Positions 10,095 through 20,082 of a stretch of 64,000 bases of DNA are shown in pieces (the first letter of the stretch is position 1; every line of letters starts with the position of its first letter). The stretch is from Truepera sp. (GTDB lineage Bacteria; Deinococcota; Deinococci; Deinococcales; Trueperaceae): assembly GCA_965218435.1 (NCBI GenBank), contig CBDCKW010000009.1, positions 2,464,001 to 2,528,000 on the forward strand, read 5' to 3'. The notes under the pieces were generated by a model that saw only the letters and a list, made by a program, of their open reading frames with translations, searched no databases and was not told the DNA's origin. A program made the translations under genes and the position numbers.

Positions 10095-10318
10095 AAGGTT
10101 TTGGCATCGTCACAGTCTTGTGTTAAACCTGCTTCGTCTTCCCCTTCAGCCTCAGCGAGTAGTTTCTCGAGCAGTATAGGTGACTTCGGATGAGCAAAGG
10201 CGGCGTCCCAACGCCTTTCATCCTCGAGTTCTGCCAAAATAAAGTGGGCTATGGCATCTTGGTCTACTTCAGAAAGCTGCCGCACTTCAGCAATAGCTTT
10301 TTCCAGCATTTTGGTCAT
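10091..10318 (-). CDS. Antitoxin cognate to the downstream RelE-like toxin
   Basis: MTKMLEKAIAEV..L....QDAIA..IL.ELEDE.RWD..F; 4-nt overlap with toxin; TATAAT at 10324-10329. Confidence 0.8.
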   Translation of the reverse strand: MTKMLEKAIAEVRQLSEVDQDAIAHFILAELEDERRWDAAFAHPKSPILLEKLLAEAEGEDEAGLTQDCDDAKTL

Positions 10319-10334
10319 GATGCATTATACGAGG

Positions 10335-11999
10335 TCAATCAGCTACCGGGTCTTGCACCGGTATTTCGATTTTGGCTCCCTGCGCTTCGGTAGCCCGCAC
10401 TCCGCGCCGCCCGAATTTACGGGCCAGCTCGAGTTCGCTTAAAACGAGCGCCGTAGGCCGCCCGTGTGGACACGCCCACGGGGTCTCACACGCTGCTAAC
10501 GCCTCAAGCAATCCCTGTGCATCTTTATGTACCAGCGCGTGACCCGCTTTTAACGCGGGCAAACATGCCAAGCGGCCCAATACCGCTCGCCAAGCTTCTT
10601 CGGCGCTGCCGCGCCCGAGGGCGTCGGTGACAACGCCGGCTAAGAGTTCAGGGTGTCCAAGTAAAAACGCCGGAACGGTTCGCACCCGCCAGCGGCCCCC
10701 GCCGAAGGGCTCGAGCACCAACCCTTTCGCCGCCAGCTCCCCCTGCCGAGCCAAATACGTCGCCTCATCTTCAGGCATCAGCGGTAAGAGTTCGGCGTGC
10801 GGCAGTTCACGCGGCGGCTCGAGTCGGTAACGCCTCTCTAAGTCCTCAAACAAGATACGTTCGTGCGCTGCGTGTTGGTCAACCACCCAGAGCTGCGCTG
10901 CGCCCTCGGCGAGGAGATAAAGTTCGCGGTAACGGCCCAGATAGGTGAGTGCCGGAAAATTATGACGGGGCGCTGCCGTAACGCCTTGCGCCACGCTAAA
11001 GTCAGGCAGGGCCGGAGCGAGTGAAACCGTGCTGAGAGCTGAGCTGACCGCTTCTTGAACAAACGCCGTGACTTCACCGAGCTGTAAGAACCTGACTCGA
11101 GCCTTGTCAGGCGACGTATTGACCAGAACGGTTTCCGGGGGAACGTTTAGATTAAACACGCCGACCGGGTAGTGTCCGGCGGGCAAAAGTTCTTTGTAAG
11201 ACGCTAAAACTGCCCTAAGCAATCCTTCGTCCCACTCGACCGGGCGACCGTTCACCGCAAGTAAAAGTCGGTCGCGGCGCGGGCGGGTCAGTTCGGGGCG
11301 GGACAAGAGTCCCTCGAGCTGATACGCGCCGGTTTGGTGCTCGAGCGGCAAAAGCCGGTTCGCCGTCACCGGCCCCCAGACAAACTTCGCCGCCTCGACA
11401 AACGACCCGCCCGCATAGCTCCAGCGCGGTTCACTGTCGGTTTCTAAACTCAGCTGCAGCCCCGGATGATGCAGTAAGTAGCGGTTGAGCAGGGTGACAG
11501 CGCGTTTATTTTCAGCAGCGGGGGACTCGAGCGCCTCGTACCGCGCGGGCAGCCGCGCAAACAGCCCAGTCACCTCCGCGCAAGTCCCGTTCGGGGCTGG
11601 GTGACTACGGACGTTTACGGCGTCGCCTTCAGCTAAAAGCGTCACGCCACCGAGTTGACCGGCAGGGCGACTGGTTAAGGAAAGTGTCGCAGCGTGACGC
11701 ACCGCGTAAAGCCCTTCACCGCGAAAGCCGAGCGTGCGAATATCTGTGAGGGACGCGAGTTTTGAGGTGCTGTGCGCGTCTACGGCGAGCGGCAGTTCGG
11801 CCTCGGGAATCCCTGCGCCGTTGTCTCTTACCGTCATGCGGCGGACGCCCCCAGCCTCGAGCCCTACCGAAAGCCGCGTCGCTCCGGCGTCGAGTGCGTT
11901 TTCGACAAGTTCTTTAAGCACGTCTACCGGGGCAGTGACGACCTCACCGGCGGCAATTTCACGGATGAGTTCCGGGGGGAGCTGACGAATTGCGGCCAT
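10335..11999 (-). CDS. mutL: DNA mismatch repair endonuclease MutL
   Basis: IAAGEVV, KELVENALDAG, LGFRGEGL, DQHAAHERI, CPHGRP. Confidence 0.97.
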   Translation of the reverse strand: MAAIRQLPPELIREIAAGEVVTAPVDVLKELVENALDAGATRLSVGLEAGGVRRMTVRDNGAGIPEAELPLAVDAHSTSKLASLTDIRTLGFRGEGLYAVRHAATLSLTSRPAGQLGGVTLLAEGDAVNVRSHPAPNGTCAEVTGLFARLPARYEALESPAAENKRAVTLLNRYLLHHPGLQLSLETDSEPRWSYAGGSFVEAAKFVWGPVTANRLLPLEHQTGAYQLEGLLSRPELTRPRRDRLLLAVNGRPVEWDEGLLRAVLASYKELLPAGHYPVGVFNLNVPPETVLVNTSPDKARVRFLQLGEVTAFVQEAVSSALSTVSLAPALPDFSVAQGVTAAPRHNFPALTYLGRYRELYLLAEGAAQLWVVDQHAAHERILFEDLERRYRLEPPRELPHAELLPLMPEDEATYLARQGELAAKGLVLEPFGGGRWRVRTVPAFLLGHPELLAGVVTDALGRGSAEEAWRAVLGRLACLPALKAGHALVHKDAQGLLEALAACETPWACPHGRPTALVLSELELARKFGRRGVRATEAQGAKIEIPVQDPVAD

Positions 12000-12001
12000 C
12001 C

Positions 12002-14527
12002 TTAGCTCACAGGCGTTAGGCCGCGTGCGCGGTCTTTAAGCTCGTGCAAGAGAGCGAGGGCCTCGAGCGGAGACAGACGGTTCAAGTCTTGAGTTAAAAG
12101 CTGTTCGATAACCTCTGTGGCGGCGTCTTGACCGCGGGCCTCGAGCCCGGATAACACCGTCCGCGCCCTCTCCAAAACACTCCCCGGAACCCCTGCGAGT
12201 TTGGCTACCTCTAAGCCATACGCCTTCGACGCTGGCCCCGGTAGAATTTGATGGTAAAAGGTCAACCCGCCCGCCTCTTCTTTCGCGGCGACGTGAAAGT
12301 TACGCACCGCGCCGAGTTTGCCTTCTAACGCGGTCAGTTCAAAGTAGTGTGTGGCAAATAAGACATATGAGCTGGTACACGCTTCTAAGTGTTCAGCCGC
12401 TGCCCACGCCAGTGCTAAGCCGTCAAAGGTGCTCGTCCCGCGTCCGATTTCATCTAACAGCACCAAACTTTTTGGCGTCGCGTGCTGCAAAATGGTCGCT
12501 AACTCGCTCATCTCGACCATAAAGGTGCTGCGCCCCCCGGCAATATCATCCGACGCGCCGATCCGGGTATAGATGCGTTCAAAGAGTGGCAACACCGCGC
12601 GTTCCGCCGGGACGAACGAGCCGATCTGTGCGAGGAGCGCGATCAGCGCCGCCTGCCGCAAATAGGTAGACTTGCCCGACATATTCGGCCCGGTCAGGAT
12701 AATCAGGCGTTCGCTCTTTGAGAGCTGCAAATCGTTTGGGATAAACGGATAAAACCGCTCGACCACCGGGTGACGGCCCCCTTGGATGCTCAGAGCGCCC
12801 TCGGAAAAGCTCGGGCGGCAGTAGCGGCCCTCGGCGGCAACTTCGGCGAGGGCGCTGTAGGTGTCCAACTCGGCTAAGGCCGCGCCGAGTTCGCGCACCG
12901 CGTCGGCAGCCGGGGCGAGGCCAGCCCGCAACTCGCCAAACACAGCGTATTCTCGGCCTCTAGCGGCAGTTTCGGCCCGTAAAATTTCGCGTTCGCGTTC
13001 GCGCAGGTCGGGCCGGACATAACGCTGGCGGTCTTTTAAGGTTTGCACGGCGCGGTAACTTTCCGGCACCTCGTCGTAGTACGGGCGGGTGACCTCGAGG
13101 TAATAGCCAAACACGCCGTTAAAGCCGATTTTTAAGGTTGGAATCCCGGTTGCGGCGCGTTCACCGGACTCTAACGCCGCAATCCACGCCCGCCCCGATT
13201 CGGCAGCGGCGCGGAGCGTATCGAGCTCGCTGTCAAAGCCGCTTTGAATCAGGCCACCTTCGGTGAGTTTGAGCGGTGGGTTTTCTACAAGTGCGGCGCT
13301 GATGCGTTCTTCGGTACTGCTGAGTCCCTGCAGACGTTCAGCTAACGCTTGCAGCGCCCCTTCACTGCGTCCTGCAAGCAAACTTTTAAGCTCCGGGACG
13401 AGGGCCAGACTCCGCGCTAAAGCGCAGAGGTCTCGAGCGTTCGCGCGGCCCGTCACCAGTTTCGAGGCGAGGCGCTCTAGGTCATGCAGTTTGTAAAGTG
13501 CTTTTCTGACCTCACGCCGTAAAACAGTGTCGCGGACAAACGCTTCTACGGCGTCCTGACGGCGGTTAATCAGCGGCTCTTCTAGTAAGGGATGCCGGAG
13601 CCACGCCCGTAAAAGCCTGCGTCCGGGCGCGGTGCGGGTCGTGTCTAAGATGCTTAGCAGCGTGCGAGCTTCGCTACTCGCCGTGGGCGTATTGGCCGAG
13701 AAAACCTCGAGTGTCGCCAAGGCCGTTTCTCCAACCTGCATATAGGCGCTCGGGTCATAGCGTAAAAAACGGGTGACTTGTCCGAGTTGCCCGCGCTGCG
13801 TCGTAAGCGCATACGACAAAACGGCACCGGCAGCGCGTAACACGGCGGCCTCAGCTCCCGGTGGCACGGTGCCAAAGTGAGCCTCGAGCGCACCCTGCGC
13901 CTCGTCTTCCCCAAAACGCCCGCGTGTGACCATCACCGAGAAGCGTTCGCTACACGCTTCGCGGAAATCCTCTTGCGCGTAGAGTTCAGGGGCGAGCAGC
14001 AGTTCAGCGGGGCGGTAGCGGCGAAGCTCGTCAAACAAGGCGCTTTTGCTATATAAGAGCGTGCCGCGGAACTCGCCGGTTGAAACATCTAAAAAGGTCA
14101 GTCCGTAACCCTCGCCGGTGGCGACCGCCGCTAGGTAGTTCGCGTCGGGGCGTAAGAGTTTTTCGTCTGTGACTGTACCGGGCGTGATGAGCTGCGTCAC
14201 CTCACGTTTGACAAGGCCGTCGGCCGTTGCGGGTGTTTCGGTCTGGTCGGCAACCGCCACACAGATATTTTGTTTAAGGAGTCTCTCGAGGTAGGCGTCG
14301 GCGCTCCGCACCGGAATCCCCGACATCGGGGTCGTGAAATCTTTGCTGGTTTTATGCGTCAGGGTGATGTTGATCGCCCGCGCAAACCGCTCGGCGTCTT
14401 CGCCAAACGTTTCGTAAAAGTCGCCGACTTGAAATAAGAGTAGATAGTCCGGGTAACGTTCGCGCAGCTCGACGTACTGCACGAGCAGTGGCGGTAGCGG
14501 CCCGGTTCCCTCCCCCTTAAGCGTCAT
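12002..14527 (-). CDS. mutS: DNA mismatch repair protein MutS
   Basis: FQVGDFYETF, TGPNMSGKST, STFMVEM, DEIGRGTST, FATHYFEL. Confidence 0.98.
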   Translation of the reverse strand: MTLKGEGTGPLPPLLVQYVELRERYPDYLLLFQVGDFYETFGEDAERFARAINITLTHKTSKDFTTPMSGIPVRSADAYLERLLKQNICVAVADQTETPATADGLVKREVTQLITPGTVTDEKLLRPDANYLAAVATGEGYGLTFLDVSTGEFRGTLLYSKSALFDELRRYRPAELLLAPELYAQEDFREACSERFSVMVTRGRFGEDEAQGALEAHFGTVPPGAEAAVLRAAGAVLSYALTTQRGQLGQVTRFLRYDPSAYMQVGETALATLEVFSANTPTASSEARTLLSILDTTRTAPGRRLLRAWLRHPLLEEPLINRRQDAVEAFVRDTVLRREVRKALYKLHDLERLASKLVTGRANARDLCALARSLALVPELKSLLAGRSEGALQALAERLQGLSSTEERISAALVENPPLKLTEGGLIQSGFDSELDTLRAAAESGRAWIAALESGERAATGIPTLKIGFNGVFGYYLEVTRPYYDEVPESYRAVQTLKDRQRYVRPDLREREREILRAETAARGREYAVFGELRAGLAPAADAVRELGAALAELDTYSALAEVAAEGRYCRPSFSEGALSIQGGRHPVVERFYPFIPNDLQLSKSERLIILTGPNMSGKSTYLRQAALIALLAQIGSFVPAERAVLPLFERIYTRIGASDDIAGGRSTFMVEMSELATILQHATPKSLVLLDEIGRGTSTFDGLALAWAAAEHLEACTSSYVLFATHYFELTALEGKLGAVRNFHVAAKEEAGGLTFYHQILPGPASKAYGLEVAKLAGVPGSVLERARTVLSGLEARGQDAATEVIEQLLTQDLNRLSPLEALALLHELKDRARGLTPVS

Positions 14528-14595
14528 AGGTTTATGATACCGTCTCTTACGAGGTGCTGGTGAAAGGTATTATTGGTAGTTATAGTTGGCTTACC

Positions 14596-15252
14596 ATGCG
14601 CCCGAAAAAAGCACGGAACGCTGAACTGATTAGCACGTATGACGCAGTCGCTGAGCCTTATGCGGACGCGTATTTTGACGAATTGTCGCGTAAACCTTTT
14701 GATTGCGCCCTGCTAGAGCGTTTCGCGGCCTCGCTACCGTCTCGAGGATTGGTCGCTGATATAGGTTGCGGCCCCGGTCAGATTGCACGGTTTCTTAGTG
14801 AGCCTCTTAGTGGGCGCGGTCTCGAGGTGACAGGTTTCGACTTGTCACCCCAGATGGTGGCGGTGGCGCGGCGTCTAAACCCCGAGCTGAACTTCGCTGT
14901 CGGAGATATGCGGAAGCTCGAGGTCGCAGCCGGTACGTTCTCCGGAATCGTTGCCTTTTATTCGATGATTCATCTGCCACGCGCCGAAGTCAGCGACGTT
15001 TTTAGAGAGCTGGGCCGTGTTTTGCGACCCGGCGGCCTTCTACTCGTATCCTTTCATCTAGGCCGCGGCGAAACGCACGCCGAGAACTGGTTTGATAAGG
15101 CAGTATCTGTAACAGCAACATTTTTTGAGGTCGAAGAAGTCGCTGGCTATCTAAGTAGTACGGGCTTTTCAGCAGTTGAGATGCAGGTGCGCCCGCCTTA
15201 CGCCTCCGAGTTGCAGACAGAACGGGGGTACATCATGGCTAAGAAGCTATAA
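14596..15252 (+). CDS. Class I SAM-dependent methyltransferase
   Basis: ADIGCGPG, GFDLS, GDMR, RVLRPGG. Confidence 0.88.
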   Translation: MRPKKARNAELISTYDAVAEPYADAYFDELSRKPFDCALLERFAASLPSRGLVADIGCGPGQIARFLSEPLSGRGLEVTGFDLSPQMVAVARRLNPELNFAVGDMRKLEVAAGTFSGIVAFYSMIHLPRAEVSDVFRELGRVLRPGGLLLVSFHLGRGETHAENWFDKAVSVTATFFEVEEVAGYLSSTGFSAVEMQVRPPYASELQTERGYIMAKKL

Positions 15253-15289
15253 CTCTCTGCCTGAGACTTATCATCTTCTTTGTTGCAGT

Positions 15290-16150
15290 TCAAACTGTCT
15301 CGGTGAGCGGTGAGACGCCCTTACGCACCTCGACGACGACCTCGAGCCCTGCCCCACCCCCACCACGCCGGAGCCCCCGCACCGGCGGCAGGTCGTCATA
15401 GTCGCGGCCACAGCCGATTTTGACGTGCGCCTCCGTGACCGGGCAGCCGTTGGTCGGGTCAAAACCGACCCAACCGTTTCCGGGCAAAAACGCCTCGACC
15501 CAGGCGTGCGACGCTTCCGCGCCGATCAGCGTCTCGTCGCCCCACGGGTTCGCGTGGATATAACCCGACACGTAACGTGCCGGGATGCCGGAGGCGCGGC
15601 ACAAGGCGAGCATGGCGTGGGCAAAGTCTTGACACACGCCCGAACTGTGCCGCGCAAACTCAGTTAGCGGCGTGTTGACGTCCGTGGCTGAAGGTGAGTA
15701 GCGAAAGCGCCCATGCAGATAGATGTTCATCGCGTTTAGATAGTTTAAGAGTCCCGCTCCGGAAGTAAGCGGCAGCGCCCCGAACGCGCGGTGCCAGTTT
15801 TCGTTAAGCGGGACGCGCAGCGTCGGGGCGAGATATTCGAAAAAGCGGTGACGCAGGTCGGGTAGCGCGTCGGCTGAGACTTCACGCGGAACCGGAACCG
15901 GATAGGTCACGACGGCTGAAGTCGCCTCGATGACGAGTTCGGCGTGGTCATTCGGCAGGTGAAAGTGATAGATTAGGTTGCCGGACTGGTCACGGCGCTC
16001 TCTGACGGTCGCTTTGGGTGAAATTTGTAACTCGAACGCTAAGAGCGTCTGCCGGTAATCGTCAGCGGGGCGCAGCCATACTTCGTTAAACGAGTCCCAA
16101 GCGGGCCGCGCGTAGCTGTAGGTCGTCGTATGGCGGATATTTAGATACAT
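15290..16150 (-). CDS. Transglutaminase-like protein with bacterial N-terminal domain
   Basis: IRHTTTYSY N-domain; GVCQDFAH, PARYVSGY, SHAWVE, GFDPTN. Confidence 0.9.
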   Translation of the reverse strand: MYLNIRHTTTYSYARPAWDSFNEVWLRPADDYRQTLLAFELQISPKATVRERRDQSGNLIYHFHLPNDHAELVIEATSAVVTYPVPVPREVSADALPDLRHRFFEYLAPTLRVPLNENWHRAFGALPLTSGAGLLNYLNAMNIYLHGRFRYSPSATDVNTPLTEFARHSSGVCQDFAHAMLALCRASGIPARYVSGYIHANPWGDETLIGAEASHAWVEAFLPGNGWVGFDPTNGCPVTEAHVKIGCGRDYDDLPPVRGLRRGGGGAGLEVVVEVRKGVSPLTETV

Positions 16151-16304
16151 AGCTCTGCGGAGTATAGCAAGGGTTTTCGGGTTGACTGTGCAATCTGCAC
16201 GTAGCTCCAGCCCTCGTCCGACCTCATTTAGATGAACCTTCAACGTCTATAAATCCGACTTCTTTACTGGTTGTTAATCGGAATCATTCCGATTAAGCTA
16301 AAGC

Positions 16305-16862
16305 ATGACTACGGAATCTACTGCCTCTAAATCAGACAACCAGACCACTGCCCCCGAAACCCTCGCTCCCGAACCCCGCGACGATTCTCACGATTTCGTC
16401 TTACGCGTCGTCCAACCCGGACTGCTCGGGCTGATGGACGGCTCCGTCTCGACGCTCGCACCGATTTTTGCGGCGGCTGAACTGACCGGGCGACCCTTCG
16501 CCGCCTTTATCGTCGGGGTCGCAGCGGCGCTCGGGGCGGGCGTCAGCATGGGCCTCGCCGAAGCACTTTCAGACGACGGCAAGGTTTCCGGACGCGGCAA
16601 CCCGTGGCTCCGTGGCGGCGTCACGGGGCTTGCCACGATGCTCGGCGGGCTGCTCCATACGTTGCCCTTTTTGCTGCCGAACCTGCGGACTGCGCTGACG
16701 CTGGCGTATGTGGTAGTAGGGCTCGAGCTGCTCGCCATCGCCTATATCCGCTACCACTTTATGAAAAGCCCACTCGGGCAGACGATTTTGCAGGTTATCG
16801 TCGGCGGCGGGATTGTCTTCGGGATTGGGATTTTGCTCGGGCAATTAGGCGCAGGTGCGTAA
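16305..16862 (+). CDS. VIT1/CCC1 family membrane protein (MbfA C-terminal-like Fe/Mn exporter)
   Basis: [41 protein letters not shown]. Confidence 0.85.
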   Translation: MTTESTASKSDNQTTAPETLAPEPRDDSHDFVLRVVQPGLLGLMDGSVSTLAPIFAAAELTGRPFAAFIVGVAAALGAGVSMGLAEALSDDGKVSGRGNPWLRGGVTGLATMLGGLLHTLPFLLPNLRTALTLAYVVVGLELLAIAYIRYHFMKSPLGQTILQVIVGGGIVFGIGILLGQLGAGA

Positions 16863-16917
16863 ACGTTCAGTTTTGGCTGGTTTGACAATTATACCAAGAT
16901 ACCTTAAAATTTAAGGT

Positions 16918-17319
16918 ATGTGTTCTACAAATTATTTCAATACCCTGATTGAAATTGCCGAGGATTGCACCGCTACGAGCAGCGAAATCCCTCCCATCAA
17001 AGGAAATAAAAAATCGGTAGCGAATCTGACTTATGAGATTCTAATTGGACACCCCTACAAGTTCACTTCGGATGACGTTTTGTTCTCTGTCTTTGCCGCA
17101 AGGCAAAAGCTACCTAAAGAAAGTCTAGCAAAGGAAAGAGAACGTTTTTTTTCAAAAGGGCAACCTTGTTTCCGCGCTTCACCGCTAACCAAAAGATATG
17201 GCTGGGGTGTTCACAGCAACGAAGAAGGCAAAATCGCTATGTACGGCGTCGAGTCGGCAGAATATCAGAAGCTCGTTACAGACACATCGGTCACGAAGAA
17301 AAAAGCCATGCGTTCGTAA
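16918..17319 (+). CDS. DUF6157-like conserved hypothetical protein
   Basis: TNYFNT.I.IAEDC, FFSKGQPCFRASPL.KRYGWG; AT-rich. Confidence 0.7.
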   Translation: MCSTNYFNTLIEIAEDCTATSSEIPPIKGNKKSVANLTYEILIGHPYKFTSDDVLFSVFAARQKLPKESLAKERERFFSKGQPCFRASPLTKRYGWGVHSNEEGKIAMYGVESAEYQKLVTDTSVTKKKAMRS

Positions 17320-17378
17320 AGAGCCAAATAGCTTCGGCAAAAGTATTTCATAGATATGCCTGCGAGTAAGATGGACTT

Positions 17379-18179
17379 ATGGAACTCTATCTGGGCACGG
17401 GCGGCTACAGCAACGACGATTGGAACGGTATCTTTTACCCCGAAGACGCCAAATCGTCGCAGTACTTGGGACTCTACGCCGAACACTTTAACGCGGTTGA
17501 ACTTAACAGCAGTTTTTACAACATCCCCGGCACTAAAGCGTTCGCCGGGATGGTTAAAAAAAGTGACGGTAAGGTGCGTTTTGCGATCAAGCTGCCGAGT
17601 GCCATGACGCACAGCCGCGACGCCGACGCTGAACTCTATAAGCGGCTCTTTGAATCGGTGGAGCCACTCCGCGAGGCGGGGATGCTGGGGCCGTTTTTGG
17701 CGCAGTTTCCCTATTCGTTTCACCGGACACCGGACAACCGCGTCTATCTAAAATCGCTGACTGACCGTTTTACCGAAGCGGGGGAGGCGCTCGCGGTTGA
17801 GTTTCGCACTGCTGACTGGCACCTGCCCGGAGTCTACGACGCGCTTGCAAAATCCGGTTTGATTGCCGTAAGTGTAGACTATCCGCAGCTACCGAATATG
17901 CCTAAACCTGTGCTGCTGCAAACCTCGAGCACCGCCTACATCCGGCTCCACGGGCGCAACGAAAAAACTTGGTACGGCGGTAAAAGTGCGGCTGAGCGGC
18001 ACGACTACTTATACAGCAAAGATGAACTGCAGCCGTGGGTTCGGGCGGTGGTGGGGAGTGAGCTCGAGCAGGTCTACCTCATGTTCTTAAACACCACTAA
18101 GGGCCACGCGCTTAAAAACCTCAAGATGATAGATGAGCTTTTCGCTGAAGCAGGCATAGAAGCGCCGATGTCTCTATGA
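17379..18179 (+). CDS. DUF72 (YecE-like) TIM-barrel protein
   Basis: GTGGYS...W.G.FYP, VELNSSFY, QFPYSF, YIRLHGRN, DYLYS..EL. Confidence 0.9.
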   Translation: MELYLGTGGYSNDDWNGIFYPEDAKSSQYLGLYAEHFNAVELNSSFYNIPGTKAFAGMVKKSDGKVRFAIKLPSAMTHSRDADAELYKRLFESVEPLREAGMLGPFLAQFPYSFHRTPDNRVYLKSLTDRFTEAGEALAVEFRTADWHLPGVYDALAKSGLIAVSVDYPQLPNMPKPVLLQTSSTAYIRLHGRNEKTWYGGKSAAERHDYLYSKDELQPWVRAVVGSELEQVYLMFLNTTKGHALKNLKMIDELFAEAGIEAPMSL

Positions 18180-18283
18180 GACGTGTCTGTGATAAGACAG
18201 CCTACCTGCTCACGGGCTCGAGAAAGCAAGTTTGAGCCAAAAAGCGGATAGCTCAGGGTCAGCGTCCGGGGTAGCGTAGGGCT

Positions 18284-19357
18284 ATGCAAGAAACGACCTT
18301 AATCTCTGCTGACACGCTGGCGTGGCGAGCGTTGCAGACGCGGCGCTATCTGCCCGGCATCTTTTATGCGGTACGCTCGACCGGGATTTACTGCCGCACC
18401 GACTGTCCCTCGAGGCGTCCGGCGGCGTCTCAGGTGCAGTTTTTTAGCCGTAGCGAAGAAGCTGAAGCTGCGGGCTACCGGCCCTGCTTGCGGTGCCGTC
18501 CGCAAGCTGTGCTCGAAGAGGCGACCGACCTCAAACGGGTGCTGGCGTTATTTGACGCCGAGCTTTCAGCAGGTGACTCGAGCTGCCTGACACTCCCTAA
18601 GTTAGCGGGGCGTACCGGCTTTGAGCTGAGCTATATTAGACGACTTTTTCGCCGCGACGTGGGACTTAGCCCGAGAGCCTACGGGGAGGTTCGGCGTACG
18701 GAACGGCTCCGTACTGAGTTGCGCACGGGCGCACCGGTAACAGCGGCACTTTACGCCGCCGGGTACGGCTCGAGCCGAGCACTCTACGCGTCGGCAGACC
18801 AAGCCCTCGGCATGACGCCGGGGGCGTACCGCAAAGGTGGGGCTGGGCTGACCATCTGGTTTGCTCACTTTGAAAGTGATTTGGGGCCAGGACTTTTGGC
18901 CACGACCGAGCGGGGCGTGTGTGCGCTCCGTTTTGGTGACGGCTTGCTAGAAGAACTTAAAAACGAATTCAAGAACGCTCAGGTTAAAGAAGATGACACT
19001 GTAGTCGCTCCTTATATCGAGGCGGTGCGGGCCTATCTTACCGGTAAGCCGCTTACGCTACCCCTTCACCTATCGCCAAGTGCATTTCAAGCCAGGGTGT
19101 GGACGGCGCTGCAAGGGATTCCTTACGGTGAAACGCGCTCTTACGGAGAGCTTGCGCAGGCTATCGGTAACCCCGCCGCGGTGCGGGCCGTGGCAGGGGC
19201 GTGCGCCAAAAATCCGGTGGCGCTGGCGGTGCCGTGTCACCGGGTCGTTCGCGCCGACGGCAGTTTGAGCGGTTACCGTTGGGGTATCGCACGTAAAAAA
19301 GTGTTGCTGGGGCGGGAGGCTGCGGCTAAAGAGGACAATAACGGCAAGTCAATATAA
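18284..19357 (+). CDS. ada: Bifunctional transcriptional activator/O6-methylguanine-DNA methyltransferase Ada
   Basis: TGIYCR..CPSR...RPCLRC Zn site, AraC-type HTH, PCHRV active site. Confidence 0.93.
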   Translation: MQETTLISADTLAWRALQTRRYLPGIFYAVRSTGIYCRTDCPSRRPAASQVQFFSRSEEAEAAGYRPCLRCRPQAVLEEATDLKRVLALFDAELSAGDSSCLTLPKLAGRTGFELSYIRRLFRRDVGLSPRAYGEVRRTERLRTELRTGAPVTAALYAAGYGSSRALYASADQALGMTPGAYRKGGAGLTIWFAHFESDLGPGLLATTERGVCALRFGDGLLEELKNEFKNAQVKEDDTVVAPYIEAVRAYLTGKPLTLPLHLSPSAFQARVWTALQGIPYGETRSYGELAQAIGNPAAVRAVAGACAKNPVALAVPCHRVVRADGSLSGYRWGIARKKVLLGREAAAKEDNNGKSI

Positions 19358-19560
19358 CGCCGGAAGTGAAATCGGTAGACAAGAGCTGGAGCCATGTATC
19401 AATCAGTTCCCTAGCCCGTTCTCTAAGCTCCGTATGGGCGTTTGTAAGAGCTATTGTCCAGTCTGAGCAAACTTAAGCACAGCCCAAACCCTTTATTTAG
19501 CAATGGTACTCGCAAGTTTCAAGCTTGCTGACCATAAAAATTGCTACGAGTGCGCATGAT

Positions 19561-19942
19561 CTAAACTGAAGTAAGGAAGGTTGACCTTAGACTCGAACCA
19601 TAGTCAGAGATAGCAAAACAGAAAATTAGGACTCTGGGAAGAAGATAAACAAAAGACCTCGAGCACGTCCTTTTCGGACGACCCTGATAATGAACCGTCT
19701 GACCGTCGGTTTTACGGCAACGGCGTGTTGTTTTGACGCTCGGACTATTTTGCTCGCTAGTGACCTCGAGGCTGCCCTTATCAACGTCGGATAGGTCGAG
19801 ATAGGGGTACAAGCCTTCGCTTATCTTCAACCACGTCGGTTGGGGACACCCGGCTCATGGTCTCGTCGGAGCGGACGGCGCAACCCGAGCGGCGCTGCAT
19901 CTCCTCCGATTCTTGCCGCGGATTCCAACTTTGTAGCGTCAC
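19561..19942 (-). pseudogene. Decayed small heat-shock protein (Hsp20) gene
   Basis: GGGAGG SD + GTG: MTLQSWNPRQESEEMQRR...PTDVVED, frameshift near 19820, then EGLYPYLDLSDVDKGSLEVTSEQN...GRPKRTCSRSF; C-terminus not recognisable. Confidence 0.7.
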
Positions 19943-20082
19943 CGCCTCCCTTTTTGCAAAACAGGATAAACCTTAGTATATTGTTAGGTATTCTTACTAC
20001 AGCAGATTTATCTGGTTTATTTTGACGACATGATGGTTAGGGTGTTCGGGGCACACTGCAGTGACAAGGTACGATTAAAGGT

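Noticed and set aside
14792..14816. 12-bp tandem duplication in the methyltransferase (tcttagtgagcc/tcttagtgggcg)
   Set aside because: In-frame 4-aa loop duplication; ordinary slippage with no evident significance.
18178..18200. Resemblance to the Tn5/Nextera mosaic end (agacgtgtctgtgataagacag)
   Set aside because: Needs several mismatches and indels against AGATGTGTATAAGAGACAG; better read as a small native hairpin.
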